NCBI RefSeq assembly: GCF_009914755.1 | Contig: NC_060929.1 | Direction: 5' to 3' (one strand) | From: the human T2T-CHM13v2.0 reference genome, Homo sapiens | DNA length: 64,000 nt | In this document: positions 39,964-55,904 of the stretch, in pieces | How positions within the stretch are numbered: the first letter of the stretch is position 1 | How the letters are laid out: each line of letters begins with the position of its first letter | The notes under the pieces: model-generated | The model's database searches: none | What the model was told of the DNA's origin: nothing | What the model saw: the letters and a program-made list of their open reading frames with translations, nothing else | Translations under genes and position numbers: made by a program

Positions 39964-40587
39964 GTGTATCAGTAGGAGTTCATCCAAGAAGCAAAACCAG
40001 TAGATACATATTTTAAGGGGATTATGATGAGGAATTGGCTTACATAACTGTGCAGCTAGCTAAGCTTGTCCAGAGATCACAGGACAGGTAGTCAGGAAGG
40101 GAAGAGCCCCTGGGGCCTGGGTGAATGTTTAATAGGCAGGCAGTCAGGAAGGAAGATTCAAGGGAAATGGGGAGCAATTGCAGCTGCTGGTTGGGGTCTT
40201 TGGGTTTAGCGAAGACCTAAGCCATCTTTTGAGAGACTCACAACTGATTAAGTCAGGATCGCCCATTTAGGGGCTATTATCTTAAAGTCCCTAATTGAGT
40301 GGTCCTGACCTAATCAGGATAATCTCTTTATTGATGAACTTAAAGTCCTCTATTGGGGACTTTAAGTACATCTGCAGAATCCATTTACAATGGTACCTAG
40401 ATTCATGTTTGGTTGAATACCTGGGAGAAGGTGTGCCTGCTAAAACCCTGCTGCTTCCTCTTCTGTCCTCCAACTCTTGTGAGACAACATCTCTTGTAGT
40501 TCATTCCAACCAGAAACATACCAGAAAGGGAATTCTGGGGCCTGTAGTTTAGCTTAGCTCAGTCTATGCCTCATAAAGCTATCACAT
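39964..40587 (-). mobile_element. MLT2-family (ERVL) LTR
   Basis: tgtatcagtagg..gaggaattggcttaca..ggataatctc..acatctgcagaatcc..ctagattcatgtttggttgaata..ctatcaca. Confidence 0.7.
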
Positions 40588-42680
40588 TCCATTACTTCTA
40601 ACAGATAGTTATCTACCAGGCCAATGCCATCTTACCTTGGAGTTGTATATTAGCTGTGAGGTCATGCAGTCTTTCTCTTGTACTTACTGTTCAATGAGCT
40701 AGTTTTTGCTATTGCAGTTATTAAAAAGCTGTATCATTTTCAGACAACTTTTATTTTGTCAGTGTGTGGCCCTTTTACCCCAAAGTTCTTTAAATAAATA
40801 TGCTATAAGCAATTTATACTCCAACATTAATATTCCAAGCAAAGACACACTCACCTGCTACTCATCACAACAGGCACTAGTTATAAAATAGTATATGAAA
40901 TGCCTGGAAATATGCATCTAATATGTTTTCCTTTGTATATGTGACCAAATGAGGAAGATGAAGCAAACATATCCTCTCTGACTATTCAGTCTGATGTAAA
41001 CATGCACTTTTTAAACGTGTTTTTAAAGACTGTATTTAGCTTTTATTTTTTCTTCTTTTTTTTCTGTGCTATAACTTTAAGTGTACTTTGAATGCAAGAT
41101 ACAATAATGAGCCTCCATCCCCGGGTCAAAAATTTTGGTGACTAAAATGGTGCATAAGAAAGAATTGATCTTTGAGGTATGCCACCTCATTCCTTCTCTC
41201 CATCAGCCATCAGTCACGCCCTGCTTTCTTGACGCAGTAAACCTTTATGATAGTACATGTCAAGCATCTTGTATTTTCTCACAATAATTTATGTACATAC
41301 TAAATTTATTTTCTTCCAACTTGCATTTTTATTACTTACATAAACTTATTTCCATTGTTCAATTATAAAAGTATTTGAATATCTTATGTTGGATGAAATA
41401 TATTATGATTCTTCCCATTAAAATAAATGGAAATATTCTTATATAATTGTTTTTCACTTGGTGGCAGGGTTTTCAGGAATAAACTGAGGTTGGTTAGTGA
41501 GGGAAGATTGTATTGCATTTCTATTTAGAAATTCTATTTCCTGGGTCAAGTCAGTTATCCTTTCTCTGTTTAGTGGTTTCATCTATTTAAAAAAAGGAGC
41601 AGTACCTCATAAGGGTGTTATGACAAATGAGACCACACACATAAAGCATTGGCAAGATTTGATAAACAGTAATCCCTCAACCAATATTAGTTTAAAAATA
41701 ATTCATTTAGGTGAAAACATATCCTTGGTAAAAAGAATACAATTAAATTTATAAGCCAGAGTAATGAAATATTTTATTGTTTACAAATGGAAGCATTCAG
41801 TGCTGAGGGTGGCTATTTTTCTCTTATGGAGGCATGCAATGGAGATCATAACTCTGATGGCATTTTCTGGCTCTGGCAATATACGCATTTTACACTGGAA
41901 GTCATACAAAGAAACCGTGTTTGCACTGAAAGAAATCTCAGAGATGACTTAGACCACAGTCCTCATTTCATAGGTTGGGAAGTAAAGACTCAGTGTTCAA
42001 TGACTGATCTGAAATCACAGACGTAGTTGGTATCAGAATGTGGATAAAAAGGTAAAAGTCTTTTACCTTCCTAACTCTGACTCTAAACATTAGTTATCAT
42101 ACAGCAGGGAGAAAGGTATGAAACCCACGGCTTTCAACATTTTAGACTAAAAAAGAACCCCGAGGTTTTACTGGAAATAAATGTTCCTAGGACATTTTAA
42201 AAGACATTGATTTATATTTATTTATTTATTTATTTATTTATTTATTTTCTTCTCCTTAAAATCTAGCTGTGGTTTTTCTCTTTTGAATGGATAAAGTGGC
42301 CAATTTCTTACTATTTCTTTTGTACAACCTTTGCTTGTTTTTAACCTAGACTCTTTGCTTTGTGTTGCTTGCTTTGTTAGGCATGGCAAGTAATAGAAGA
42401 TGTGGGTTCTAATTTTAGAAGAAAATTATCCTTGGCAGGCATAAGGAACTAGAAATTTGGTGCTCAGGGAGCCAATTTTTAATCAAATAGGAAAATCAAA
42501 ACATTTGAATTTAAAAGTGTCTGAATTTTCTGCCTCATTGATTTAAGTTTAAGAAGTTGGATGAGCTGAAGATAGTACATGCATAGTTCATTGGATTTGG
42601 GTTGAACTACTTTTACTTAGTATCTGAGACAATTTATTTTTCATTTAAATTGTTTTTATCTCTTAGAAAAATATACACAA

Positions 42681-43138
<458 letters not shown>

Positions 43139-43799
43139 TTATTATGGGATATAAGGTTGCTTATGTAATTTCCTGGAGTGTCAGATAACCAAGCGTGTAT
43201 ACTGTGCTATGACATGGGACTCTTCCAGTGGAATCCACTGTTGCCGCTGTACCTGCTTCTTGGCAACCAGAAAACTAGGGACTGAACCTTAAGAAAACCT
43301 CTTCTGCCACCACCATCACAGGAGACCACAGAAGAGCTTGAAGCCCATGGTGCCGACTTCCATCTTCCAAGTCTCAGCGGCTATATCTGCTTAGTAGATG
43401 TTAGTTCACATGCAAAATCCTTGCTTTAGGGGAGACTATGAAATACAGTTTGAAATTTTCTAGGCTCTAATCTTAGAAAGGCATACTGTGTTGGAATGGT
43501 GTTGACCTCAGCATGGTTGTTGAATGGTTATACAATACCATGTGCATGCTGTCTGGGAGAGAGTACGGGCCTCAGGAATTGGCTTTTTCATTCTCTATGA
43601 TATGTTAGTATGGAAAAGTTTATAAGAATGTTAATATTATTTTGGAAAGGGAAGGGGATGAGGAACCAAGAAAATATATTTTGTATAAAATATGTTTTGA
43701 ATGGTAATAGGAGAAAAATATGCTAAATTCAATTATGTAACTTGTATATTCAGTCAATTCTATTTTAATGCTAGAAGTATTAAGCAAGAGATTAGAATA

Positions 43800-44565
43800 T
43801 AGGCAGTTCTTACTTTGCATAGTTCCAATATGCATGAATTTCAGTTACCATAGTCTAGTTAAGTAGCACTCACAGTATGGCTTAAACTTCAGTTACCACA
43901 GTATATTAACTATGCATAACCCCATAAAGTACACACTTCACTGCTAGCTCTTTAGTCCATGAATCACTACACAAATAAAAGATGATCAATGACCAATCAC
44001 ATCACTTCTTTTGAAATCTGCTGGTGATTGGTCACCATGCATCAGTTAAAAGGAGTAAGCATGTGGTTGTGTTGCTTCCTTGTCTTCAGTGATAAACCCA
44101 CATGACATTTCGCAAAACTAGATAATAGGAAGTGGAAACTGACCAACAAAGATCAAAGTCCAGAGGAGAACAGAAAGTGACAAGGTAAAGAGTAAAGTTT
44201 GCATGAAAAGTAAATGGAATTTTAGAAGGTATAGATGTGGCCATCTCCACCGTGTATCCACCACGTGGACACTGCAATCAGGGGAACTTAGTGACCGAGA
44301 ACTTACCGACATGAATGAGGAGAGTGGTTGTGACAAAAAGGATGATGATGTCCCAGAGGAAGTGATGCTGGCAAAAAACTTTACATTAGAGGAACTCTTG
44401 GAGATATTTCATGACATTGGAAGCATAAAGAATAGAGTTCAAAGCCCATCCAAACTTCGAAAAGATTATGATAATTCACCAAGACATAGCAAAGATACTC
44501 ACTCCATGTTGTCAATTATCACATGAGAAGAAGGCAAGCACTGTTTAAACTACTTTTGGTAAGTT
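43800..44565 (+). mobile_element. Tigger13a-like TcMar element
   Basis: aggcagttcttactttgcatagttccaatatgcatgaatttcagttacca..gaccaatcacatcacttc. ORF 44203-44526 (..DDDVPEEVMLAKNFTLEELLEIFHDI) resembles a Tigger transposase C-terminus. Confidence 0.72.
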
Positions 44566-44621
44566 TTTATTTTTTCTTTTCTTAATGGTGGGGTGATTAT
44601 AAGTAGGTTTTTTATTTCCTT

Positions 44622-45602
<981 letters not shown>

Positions 45603-45731
45603 AGTTGTTTTATTTGTTTTTGTTTGTTTGTTTTTACAAAGAAATAACATTCTCCATGTTTCTGTTTCAAATAAATAGTAGCTTAACTAATTTTTTATTT
45701 CCATATGCATTTATAATAAGCAGTAAGAAAG

Positions 45732-46568
45732 TTTTTTATTTTTTTATTATGATACTTTAAGTTCTGGGATACATGTGCAGAACATGCAGGTTTGTTACAT
45801 AGGTATACATGTGCAATGGTGGTTTGCTGCACCCATCAACCCGTCATCTAGGTATTAGGTATTTGTCCTAATGCTTTCCCTCTCCTTGCCTCCTACCCTG
45901 TGACAGGCCCTGGCGTGTGATGTTCCCCTCCCTGTGTCCATGTGTTATCATTGTTTAACTCCCGCTTATGAGTGAGAACATGTGGTGTTTGGTTTTCTGT
46001 TCCTGTGTGTGTTTTCTGAGAAAGATGGCTTCCAGCTTCATCCATGTCCCTGCAAAGGACATGAACTCATTCTTTTTTATGACTGCATAGTATTCCATGG
46101 TGTATATGTGCCACATTTTCTTTACCCATCCTATCAGTGATGGGCTTTTGGGTTGGTTCCAGGTCTTTGCTATTGTAAATGGTGCTGCAATAAACATATG
46201 TGTGCATGTGTCTTTATAGTAGAATGATTTATAATCCTTTGGGTATATACTCAGTAATGGGATTGTTGGGTCAAATGGTGTTTCTGGTTCTGGATCCTTG
46301 AGGAATCATGATACTGTCTTCCACAATGGTTGAACTAATTTACACTCCCACCAACAGTGTAAAAGTGTTCCTATTGCTCCACATTCTCTCCAGCATCTGT
46401 TGTTTCCTGACTTTTTAATGATTGCCATTCTAACTGGCATGAGATGGTATCTCATTGTGGTTTTGATTTGCATTTCTCTAATGACCAGTGATGATGAGCT
46501 TTTTTTCATATGTTTGATGGCTGCATAAATGTCTTCTTTTGAGAATTTTCTGTTCATATCTTTCACCC
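45732..46568 (-). mobile_element. L1PA (about PA7-8) 3' end
   Basis: Minus ORFs 46306-46566 and 45955-46197 encode the ORF2 C-terminus. 3' UTR actttaagttctgggatacatgtgcagaacatgcagg. Confidence 0.92.
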
Positions 46569-47132
46569 CAACGTTTTAAAAGTCATGGAACAATCATAAT
46601 TTTTTACATTGATTATTAAGATTACGTTGCATGGTTTCAGGTTGTATGTTTATTTATACTCTCCATACCAATATGCAGAAAAAGGACTATCTGTTTGTAA
46701 AATAAGGGCAACCAAACATTCCCTATTTTCACCTTGAAAGACAACTTTCTGGCTAAGATGTTAGATGTGTGTTACAATTTAAGACACAATCTTAGACGTC
46801 ATGGAGTCATTGCTTGTCCATACAGCATTTTAATGTAAAGTAGAAAAAAATCTCTTTATGAAGACATTTTATTTCTATTGGTCAGAAAATGCATCTATGA
46901 TGGTTGCAACAGAAATGGTGTGTTTTTAGATGTAGCTCTGCTGTGCTCTCTGCAGCCTGATGAGGGTGGTGGCCGTGGACTGGTTTCAGGGTGTCTCCGT
47001 CCAGCTTACAAAGATAACCACGCACAGCAACTGAGCCACAGGAGCTGAGGAGTGGTATATCACTGTTACTGAGCCAACAGGAAAAGCTTCAAGATGACAC
47101 AGGTGTTCATCAGTGTCTCAAAGGTTAACAAC

Positions 47133-48042
47133 CAGGGCCAGGATTAAGGAGAGGCAAGTGAGGAGTAGTCATGCTAATCCTATTTTGATTCCAATTTTTG
47201 ATATTTTGTGAATCATGAATTTTTTGCATTAATTTTGATTTTAAAATATATTTGGTATTTACCCAAAGGAGCTGAAAACTTATAACCACACAAAAACTCG
47301 CACATAAATGTTTATAGCAGCTTTATCCATAATTGCCAAAACTTGGAAGTACACAAGATGTCCTTCAGTAGATAAATGTATAAAACAACTGTAGTATATC
47401 CAAACAATGAAATATTCAGTGCTAAAAAGAAATGAGCTATCCAGCTATGGAAAGACATGGAGGAAACTTAAATACATGTTACTGAGTGAAAGAAGCCAAT
47501 CTAAAAAGGCTATATGCCGTAATTCCAACTATATGACATTCTGGAAAAGGCAAAACTATGGACACAGTAAAAGAATCGGTGGTTGCCAAGGGTTACAGGA
47601 GAGGGAGGAATGAACAGGTGGAACATAGGGGACTTTTAGGGCAGTTAAACTACTCTGTATGATACTATAAGGGTGGATGCATGCCATTATACGTGTGTCT
47701 AGACATGGAGAATGAACCACACCAAGAGTGAGCCCTTGTGTAAATTCTGAACTGTGGGTGCTCATGATGTATCAATTGTAAGCCTTGTACCATTCCAGTG
47801 GGGGGATGTTGTTAATGGGGGAGGCTGCGCATGCGTGTAGGCAGGGGCCTGTGGGCTATCCCTGTACCTGCAACATTGCTTCGATTCAATATTGCTATGA
47901 ACCTAAAACTCCTCTAAAGAATCAAGTTTATTAACAATATTACATTACAATGTTATTGATTTTGATTACTAAGTGTTTGCGTATCCTCTTCTAAATTTGG
48001 TACACAATGTGGCCCACTCACTTAATCCGATTCACGCCCTGG
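47133..48042 (+). mobile_element. MER96B-like hAT MITE split by an L1MC insertion
   Basis: Termini cagggccaggattaaggagaggcaagtgagg and ..ctcacttaatccgattcacgccctg, with AT-rich internal halves. Confidence 0.55.
47252..47936 (+). mobile_element. L1MC-type 3' end
   Basis: tttacccaaaggagctgaaaactta..aagacatggaggaaacttaaa..gacattctggaaaaggcaaaactatgga..gctatgaacctaaaact. Confidence 0.85.
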
Positions 48043-48355
48043 AACTTCATGAGGCAATTTTACCCTTGGAACTGCTGATTCACTATAAAAAGCAAGAGAG
48101 ATAGCATGGCCAGGACTCAAGCACTGGAGGGTGAGAAGAATTCTGATTATTTTTTTCCTAATATGCTTTTGTTGCCATCACTTTAAAATATAGGAAGTAA
48201 TTGTGGCTCAATTTTTTTTTTGCTGCACATGGCAGGAAACTGTGTATTAGCATCTGAACAGCTGTCAGAGTATGGGCATTTGAGTGTGATTTTATGACAA
48301 GCTGAATAATATTTTTGTAGGTGTTTAGAAATTCAGATATAGATGGACACATAGG

Positions 48356-48545
48356 TAGGACTGCTGGATTTAGCAAGTGAAAATGCAGGATATCCAGTTA
48401 AATCTAGATTTTTGACAAACAATAAAGAATATTTTAGTAGAATCATACCTCATGAAATATTTGGGAGAGACTTAGACTAAAAGAATCATTGTTTTTCTGA
48501 AAGTGAAATTTAGCTGTGGGTCCTGTATTTTATCTAACAATCCTA
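48356..48545. mobile_element. MER53 palindromic MITE
   Basis: About 190-bp inverted-repeat element: gatttagcaagtgaaaatgcaggatatccagttaaat .. atttagctgtgggtcctgtattttatctaacaatccta. Confidence 0.75.
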
Positions 48546-48816
48546 TACCTTGTGCAATTGCAGTTGTTTGGGGAAGGTTAATTCCTATCTTTTGCTTTAG
48601 TTATTGCTGCAATGTATAGACCTCAATATGTTATCACCTTGAGTGTGAGTGATTTTTTTTTTAACAGTAAATTTCTTTATATGCTAACTTCTATGTCTTT
48701 GAACAAAATAGCTTCTTTCAATTGGGTGTCCTCCTCTTTTTCTCTTTTCTTATTATTGTGATTTCTCTCCCTCTTTGGACTTTGAGCACATAAAGGTTAG
48801 GTTACCAGGTTTCAGC

Positions 48817-49118
48817 TTTTTTTGTTGTTGTTGTTTGTTTGTTTTGTTTGAGACGGAGTCTCGCTCTGTCGCCCAGGCTGGAGTGCAGTGGTGCGAGCTC
48901 ACTGCAACCTCCACCTCCCAGGTTCAAGCGATTCTCCTGCCTCCCTAGTAGTTGGGACTACAGGTGCACGCCACCACGCCCAGCTAATTTTTGTATTTTT
49001 AGTAGAGACGGCATTTCACCATATTGGTCAGGCTGGTCTTGAACTCCTGACCTCGTGATCCGCCCCCCTCGGCCTCCCAAAGTGCTGGGATTGCAGGCGT
49101 GAGCCACCGCGCCCGGCC
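48817..49118 (-). mobile_element. AluS (Sg-like)
   Basis: Antisense Alu with a (GTT)/(GTTT) tail. TSD core tcagctttt. Confidence 0.95.
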
Positions 49119-49659
49119 TCCTGGGGTCAGCTTTTATGTTTTCATCTAATTTCTTTGACAGTTAAGAGCTGAAAGGGAAGCCACATGAGACCAACATATG
49201 AAACGCAGCGCTCACATCACATTCAAAGTCGTTTGCTCCCTCATGCCTGAGATCATCAGTATGGAATTACTTCATTTCAAGCAGCTTTTCTTTTTTAGTC
49301 CATGTAATCATACCGATCTCACTATTGTTTTTAAGTTAAGGCAGATCATCTATCCATCCATCCACTTTTACACATAATCATATTTAGTATGTATATACTA
49401 TTAACTGGAAGGCTAATAGCTAATCCAGTATTCAAACAGTGGCAGAGTTAGGAAAATTGCCTTATGTTAACCACAGTGATTTACCCTTTCTGCTTTTATC
49501 AGAGAAATCCTGTATTTTAAAAATATATTTTCTACCTTCTCGTTTGTTTTTGAAATTGGTTATTTCCTTTGCTTTTAAATTTTCTTAATTCGAGAGCCAG
49601 TGCAAGGCATGGCATGAATTTGGGGAAGCCTGTCTTGCCGACATTCCTTCCCTGGCTGA

Positions 49660-50121
<462 letters not shown>

Positions 50122-53100
50122 GAGAAGTCACTTTTTTCCTGCGCCGGATGGATTTGTGGCCTGAGTTTCATATCCTTTGGGCCCAGGGAGTCACTGGGCA
50201 ACTTTGGCGGACTGATAAAGTATCTTGCACAGGGAAGAATCAGCACACAATATTTAAAGACCCCTGGATCCAAAAACTCTGGCAACCTGCCAGGCACAAC
50301 GATAGGTGCTAACGATACAACTGTGAATCTTTTGGTTTTAAAGGGTTTTGCATGATTGTGGGAGAGAAGCATACATAAGTAATTTTACTCCAGTGTTATT
50401 TAATGCTAGTGTTATTCATGGAGAATTATCTGAGTTGAAGTAGGAGTTAAAGGTAATCTTTTCAAGCAAGGATTGAAAGAAGCTTATGGCAGTACAGGCC
50501 AGTGGTTTGGTTAAAGTTTCGCCTTGCACTGTTGGGTGTTTCTTGACTCATATCGACGCTTCACGCACTGGGAATGTTGATTTGAGATCGAATTGCTTTG
50601 GCTGCTAAGTATCAAGAGGATGGAGTGAATTCCAAATATGAGAACTAAAGAAGCTTCTGTCTGTAACCGTGGCCCTTCTCAATATTTAGGTATTAGAAAT
50701 AGATCTCCAGCTAAGAAGAGGTTAGTTGTGAGACAGATTAGATCTGGCAGGGAACACTCGGGGTTGGCAGGCTTCCCAGCAGTTGCGGAGTTTGGGAGCC
50801 GAGCACAAATGTCCCACCAAGCTAAACACTAAGGACATGCCACATTTCCATTGTCTGCCAGCAGTAAAAGTCAATGAGCTTTGGAGGGAGGTTATTCCAG
50901 ATTCCTGGACGTCCTTACAACAACAGCTATCAAATGTGAATAATTTCTCTCTTCAAAAATCATATTTTTTTCTTTTTCAGAGCAAAACTCTGGCAATTTT
51001 CAAAACCTCTTTTTCCCCCAAGTAAGAGATTAAAAAAAATGAAGCAGATAAAATATATGGCATATGAAGGCTTAAGATCCTAAAGTATTTAATGGCTTTT
51101 CCTAAAACTGAAATCTTATTTAAAAGAAAGTTGGAGTCTTGGGATAAGGGCTGCCTTCACAGTCCCCGCAGGGGTAATTTAACTCCTGTATGAACCTGAC
51201 TTTGGGGTCCTGGGGACTTGGTAGTGAATTGTTTTCACACTAACTCAGGCTCCACTGTGGTGCTGGCTGCTCTGGAGTTGGAGCCTACCGGAGTGTGAGG
51301 AGATCCTGCTCTTTCTGGGTCAATTCAATTCCATTCAATTCAAGAAATGTTTATTGCTTATTCCTACGTGCATTTAAAATAATTGGGGTGGTGAATTTTT
51401 TGAGGGAAGGGGACTTATTCAGTGACCTTTAATTCACATCTTACAAGTTGTATCTTTGAAAATGACTATCTTGATTGTGATTTGTTTTGAAGTACTTTGG
51501 CATCATCAGTCGAATGCACACACACTTCCCACTTCAAACACTCACAGAGAGTATACTTTATACCCTAGGAGCAATTGATGAACACGTGTAGTACTCTAAT
51601 CAGGAATATACACCTTAGAAGTGTTTGGTTAACATTTGAAAAATTAATTGAGGCCCAGGAAGTCTCCAGAGGTGGCTGATAATAGGGTGCCAGCTAACTA
51701 TCTCTGATCAATTCCACAAGGTGAAAAATTTTGCATAGCAGATGTTGGTGAAATAATTCTCATTTAAGAAATGTGATTTGGCGGGAGATATTCTGCAGCT
51801 GTGATCCGCCTTGTGTGAGCAGCACGTAAGACTCTCGCCAGCTTAATACCTTTTCTGGATAACGCTGTAGACTAGGATTTGGATTAGTTCTGTAGACAAA
51901 TGCATGGATTTTGCTGTTTGATTCTGACTACCCTGTTAGCTGAATTTCATTGCAAAAATATTGTCTGATCTGCTTCAAAAGAGCCTATTAGGCAAAGTAG
52001 GGTCCTCGTGCTCCACAGTCAAAGTAAACACTTGACTTGGTTTTCAGAACAGGTATATGACTGTCCATAGAACTATTTTTGCCTCTTTGAGTGGATGGCT
52101 GAATTCAGTTGGCTAAATTCATTCTTTTATTGTAAACCCTTCTGTGGTTGTAACATGTAGGAGAGAACCCCAATAGCCCTCATCTGACTCTTTCTGTTGG
52201 CGTCCAGCAATGTCTACCAATAAAAGAATTTGATATTCACAAATGCCTCCGTCAGTTCCCACCAGTGTGTTTGCTGTGGCAACAAATTCTTGATGAAATT
52301 TTCTCCTTCAGTAGCACCAAAAAGGAAGGCCTTTGCTAATTAGGAGGAAGATGACTGGAGAATATAATGTGGTATATGTCTAATTATTTTTTCTTTACCT
52401 TTAGCTAGAACTTCTAAAAGGTATTTAGTGTTTGAAGCATTTTCAAAAGAATTTTCCCTTTTAATGCTTTATCTACCATAACACCTTTTTTTTTTTTTTT
52501 CTGGGAGCAATGTCAGAGAAGGGTATTTTGAAAGAAAATTCTGTTGCAGTGATTAAAAGAAACACTCACAGCTTTCAAAAGTGGTTATTTGTGGAAGAGA
52601 CCTAGTGCTTAAAGGGAGGTCAAGCAGAGGATGGAAAATAGATCCCCCAAACCTATGCAAAGGGTACATTCAAAAACCTTAACCATAGTTTAAATTTACA
52701 TAGTAGACATTTATTTAGTGCTGAAATCAAATGAAATTTTGCAGACTTACGTGAAAATCTGAACATTTGCTTGTAGGTTCTCCAAAATTAGTGCAATAGT
52801 AACACTAAAGAACATCTAGAAAAGCAAACTTGTTAGTCAAGTAATTAAGCCACTGAGAAAAGAATGGAAGAAAATTGTTTGGCTAAAATATATTTGTCTA
52901 TCCAGAGTTCTCCCCTTTTTTGCCTACATTTTGTTTTGCCGGGGAGCACTATGAGTTTCCAGGAAACAATTTGCGTTACAATCTTCCCTTCTCTTGCTTG
53001 AGTATGCTGCTCATGCTCTAAGACCAGTAAAGAGGAAATGACATACTATGTGTGCTTTCATTCCTTCCAGAAAATAAATTTTATTGGCACATATAGCTTG

Positions 53101-55815
53101 CACATAACACATTTGCAACCACTTCATTTGTTGGAACCAGGTAATAAAAGTGAGATTTCCTTTAACAAATGATATTCTGACATTCATAAAAATGAAGTAA
53201 TGAGATCAGTCGGCCAGCTTAGGAGAAGGCCACATGCCAAATGATATAAGTTTAAATAACATAAAGTGCAATGTCAAAGTAGTTGAAGTAGTAATATGCA
53301 AATTTCCACTCAAAAGGTAGGAAGAGGAAGACAATTCTTCTTACTGTGAAGTACCTGAAAGAGCCCAGGCTCTACACGACTAGATTAGCTTGAATATGGC
53401 CAATAAAAACCAACAGTTAGTACAATCTAAATTGCATTGAATAATTTGCATCAAATTGAGACTCAGAGAAAAATAATTCTACAGGAACCATTATGAAAGA
53501 GGAAAAACTATCCTTTGTTTTTTAAATGGTGCAAATTTAAATAAGTTCTATAACCTCAGGATAGAAGATAGCTAGACTAATAAAATATTGGTTTAACAAT
53601 AAGTCAAGTTCAAATACATGAATGAATCTGATTCTACAATTTTCTTTTACCTACACTGATGTCATTTTGGCCTTTACTTCATGATCTTGAAACTATATCG
53701 TTAGAATGAAATAGTGGAAAGTAGAAAATATTATATGCTGCTTTTTACACAAAGCTTTTTATCAATTTTCTTTATTTTCTCTTTCTGCTAATACAGTGGT
53801 AAAGGCAAGGTGATTCCAAAAACAATGGCTCACTCATAATTGAATGATTTTTTTTTAATCAACACAGAATGGACAACAACTAAAGGTCAATAACGCTAGA
53901 GATAAAGCAGCGTATAATTTATGGATCTCTGTAATGCCCTATGAGATGGTTGTGATACAAACACAGATTTGTTTATTCTTTTTAGTTTCTCTTACTGCTT
54001 TCTCTCTGGGTCACCTTCTATCTTTTAAAATCAAACACCAAATTAAAATTATTAATTTTAAAAATAGTATAATTACAACATAATATGAAGATACTGCCAT
54101 AAATGCTCCACATCATGACAGTCAAAGCTCATTAGGGATGATTTTTAATCTTTGTGTTTCAGCGCTTCCCTCTACAAGCCAATATAGTTGACGGTTTTCA
54201 AGTGCAAATGAGTAAAAGGAGGTGATTTGTGTATAATAATTAAATTTTAGAACTAAAAGGAGATTTACAGTTCATCTACTCCAATCTTTTTACTTCATAT
54301 TTGAAAGTGAAGTGAAAGAGGGAGGGCTGTGTAGGTTACATGTGTTGTCCATGGGAAAACAGGTCTTAGGCTTCTATTGGGTTGCTCCTTCCCCTAACGT
54401 ATTCAATTAGCTTCTTGTGTCCAATAAACCTAAAAGCCCTTTAAATACTTTGGTCCTTGGCTGTCCCCTATTCCTCCATCTGTGTGGGCATCTGTTCTAC
54501 ATGTTTTGTGCTCCTTCCCAGGGATGTGAATCCTGATTTCCCATCTGACTCACTATCTCTAAGCTGGCCAATCCACTCACTCGCTCAAGGGGTGGAGTCC
54601 TAAGAGTCACTTGGCTCAGAGGAGAGCAGTGGCCATGATTTCTGCCGGTACTACTAATTACGCATGCCCCATGGCTCATGCTCATGTGGATACACACTAG
54701 TTCTATTATTTCATCATTGAAAAACATTACTTAAAATAATTATTTAAGTGGTATGGAGTTTTGCTAGTCTCAAATGCAAGGAGCTTTTCCATATTTATTT
54801 GTAGATCAATGCATTTTTATAATTATACTGAAAAAAATTCCAAACAATGCATAAATCCAAACCTTAATTTTGAAAGAGCCTGATTAAAGATATAATCTGA
54901 AAGATAAAATTAGCTAGAGAGAAGTTTTTAATTAAGAATATTTTGGCCTCAGATGTTTTGATGAGTTTTTAATCTTTATCCTCTTAGGAGATGAAAGAAG
55001 TAAGGCTTTTGGAAGAACAGGAGCATATATTATGAGATATCATATTTGATTAGCTTTTTATTTGCAGGGCAATAGCAATAAAAAATTATGCTTGCCTAGC
55101 TATAGACAGCAAGCATTAGGAAACTATTTTTTTCCATATTTCTCCCCCCCTTTTTTTTAGTATACTCTCTTTTCCAGATTTTGATATTAGAGTGTGCCAG
55201 CTTTATAAAATAAATTTATATTTCTTCACTTCTACCTTAATGAGGAGACTACAGAAAAGAGGAACAATCCAGATTCTAGGAAATACACCAACTTTGAACT
55301 CTCTTATATACATTTATTCCCTGCTATTCAAATCTATTCAGTTTCTAAATTGGGAGAGTGAGGATTCCAATAGTAATTCGGAAAGCAGGGAGCATTCTGA
55401 TTCAGCTATTCAGGGCCCAAATTTTAGATACCAAGTTGTCAGAGTTTTGAAATTGATGTGTAACTTTTCTCCAAACAGTCCTATCTCACCAATTTTATCT
55501 GAATCTCTTCTGTTGCTAAGTTTGGGGAGTGAGAGTTTTAACAGAAAATATTACTTGTATTTTTGAGCCTATAAAGTTAGACAATTCCACTATTGGGCTT
55601 CCCAAGAACACCAGGCATTTTTATCCTCAATCTTCTTGAAAGATGGATTTGGGAGAAGGACATCAGCAGGAACAGATTAATAAAAACATCTCTGCACTCT
55701 GGGGTGATTTGCTTCTAGACTTTAAAGCATGAAGGTATCTGTAGTGGACCCAGGAAAGAGGGTGTTGGGCATGGAAACAGTGATATGGCTCTGTTCAAGT
55801 GGTGGTGGCTGCTGG

Positions 55816-55861
55816 GTGTGTGTGTGTGACAGAGAGAGAGAGAGAGACAGAGAGAGAGAGA

Positions 55862-55898
<37 letters not shown>

Positions 55899-55904
55899 AG
55901 AGAC
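55816..55904. repeat. (TG)n(AG)n compound microsatellite / long purine tract
   Basis: Read directly. Confidence 0.92.

Noticed and set aside
46935-47105. Possible exon after the acceptor-like gctctgctgtgctctctgcag
   Set aside because: No strong donor, no recognisable coding similarity and no partner exons. It cannot be supported from sequence alone.
47826-47835. NRF1-like TGCGCATGCG motif
   Set aside because: Isolated inside an old L1MC 3' UTR with no CpG island, so probably a chance match.
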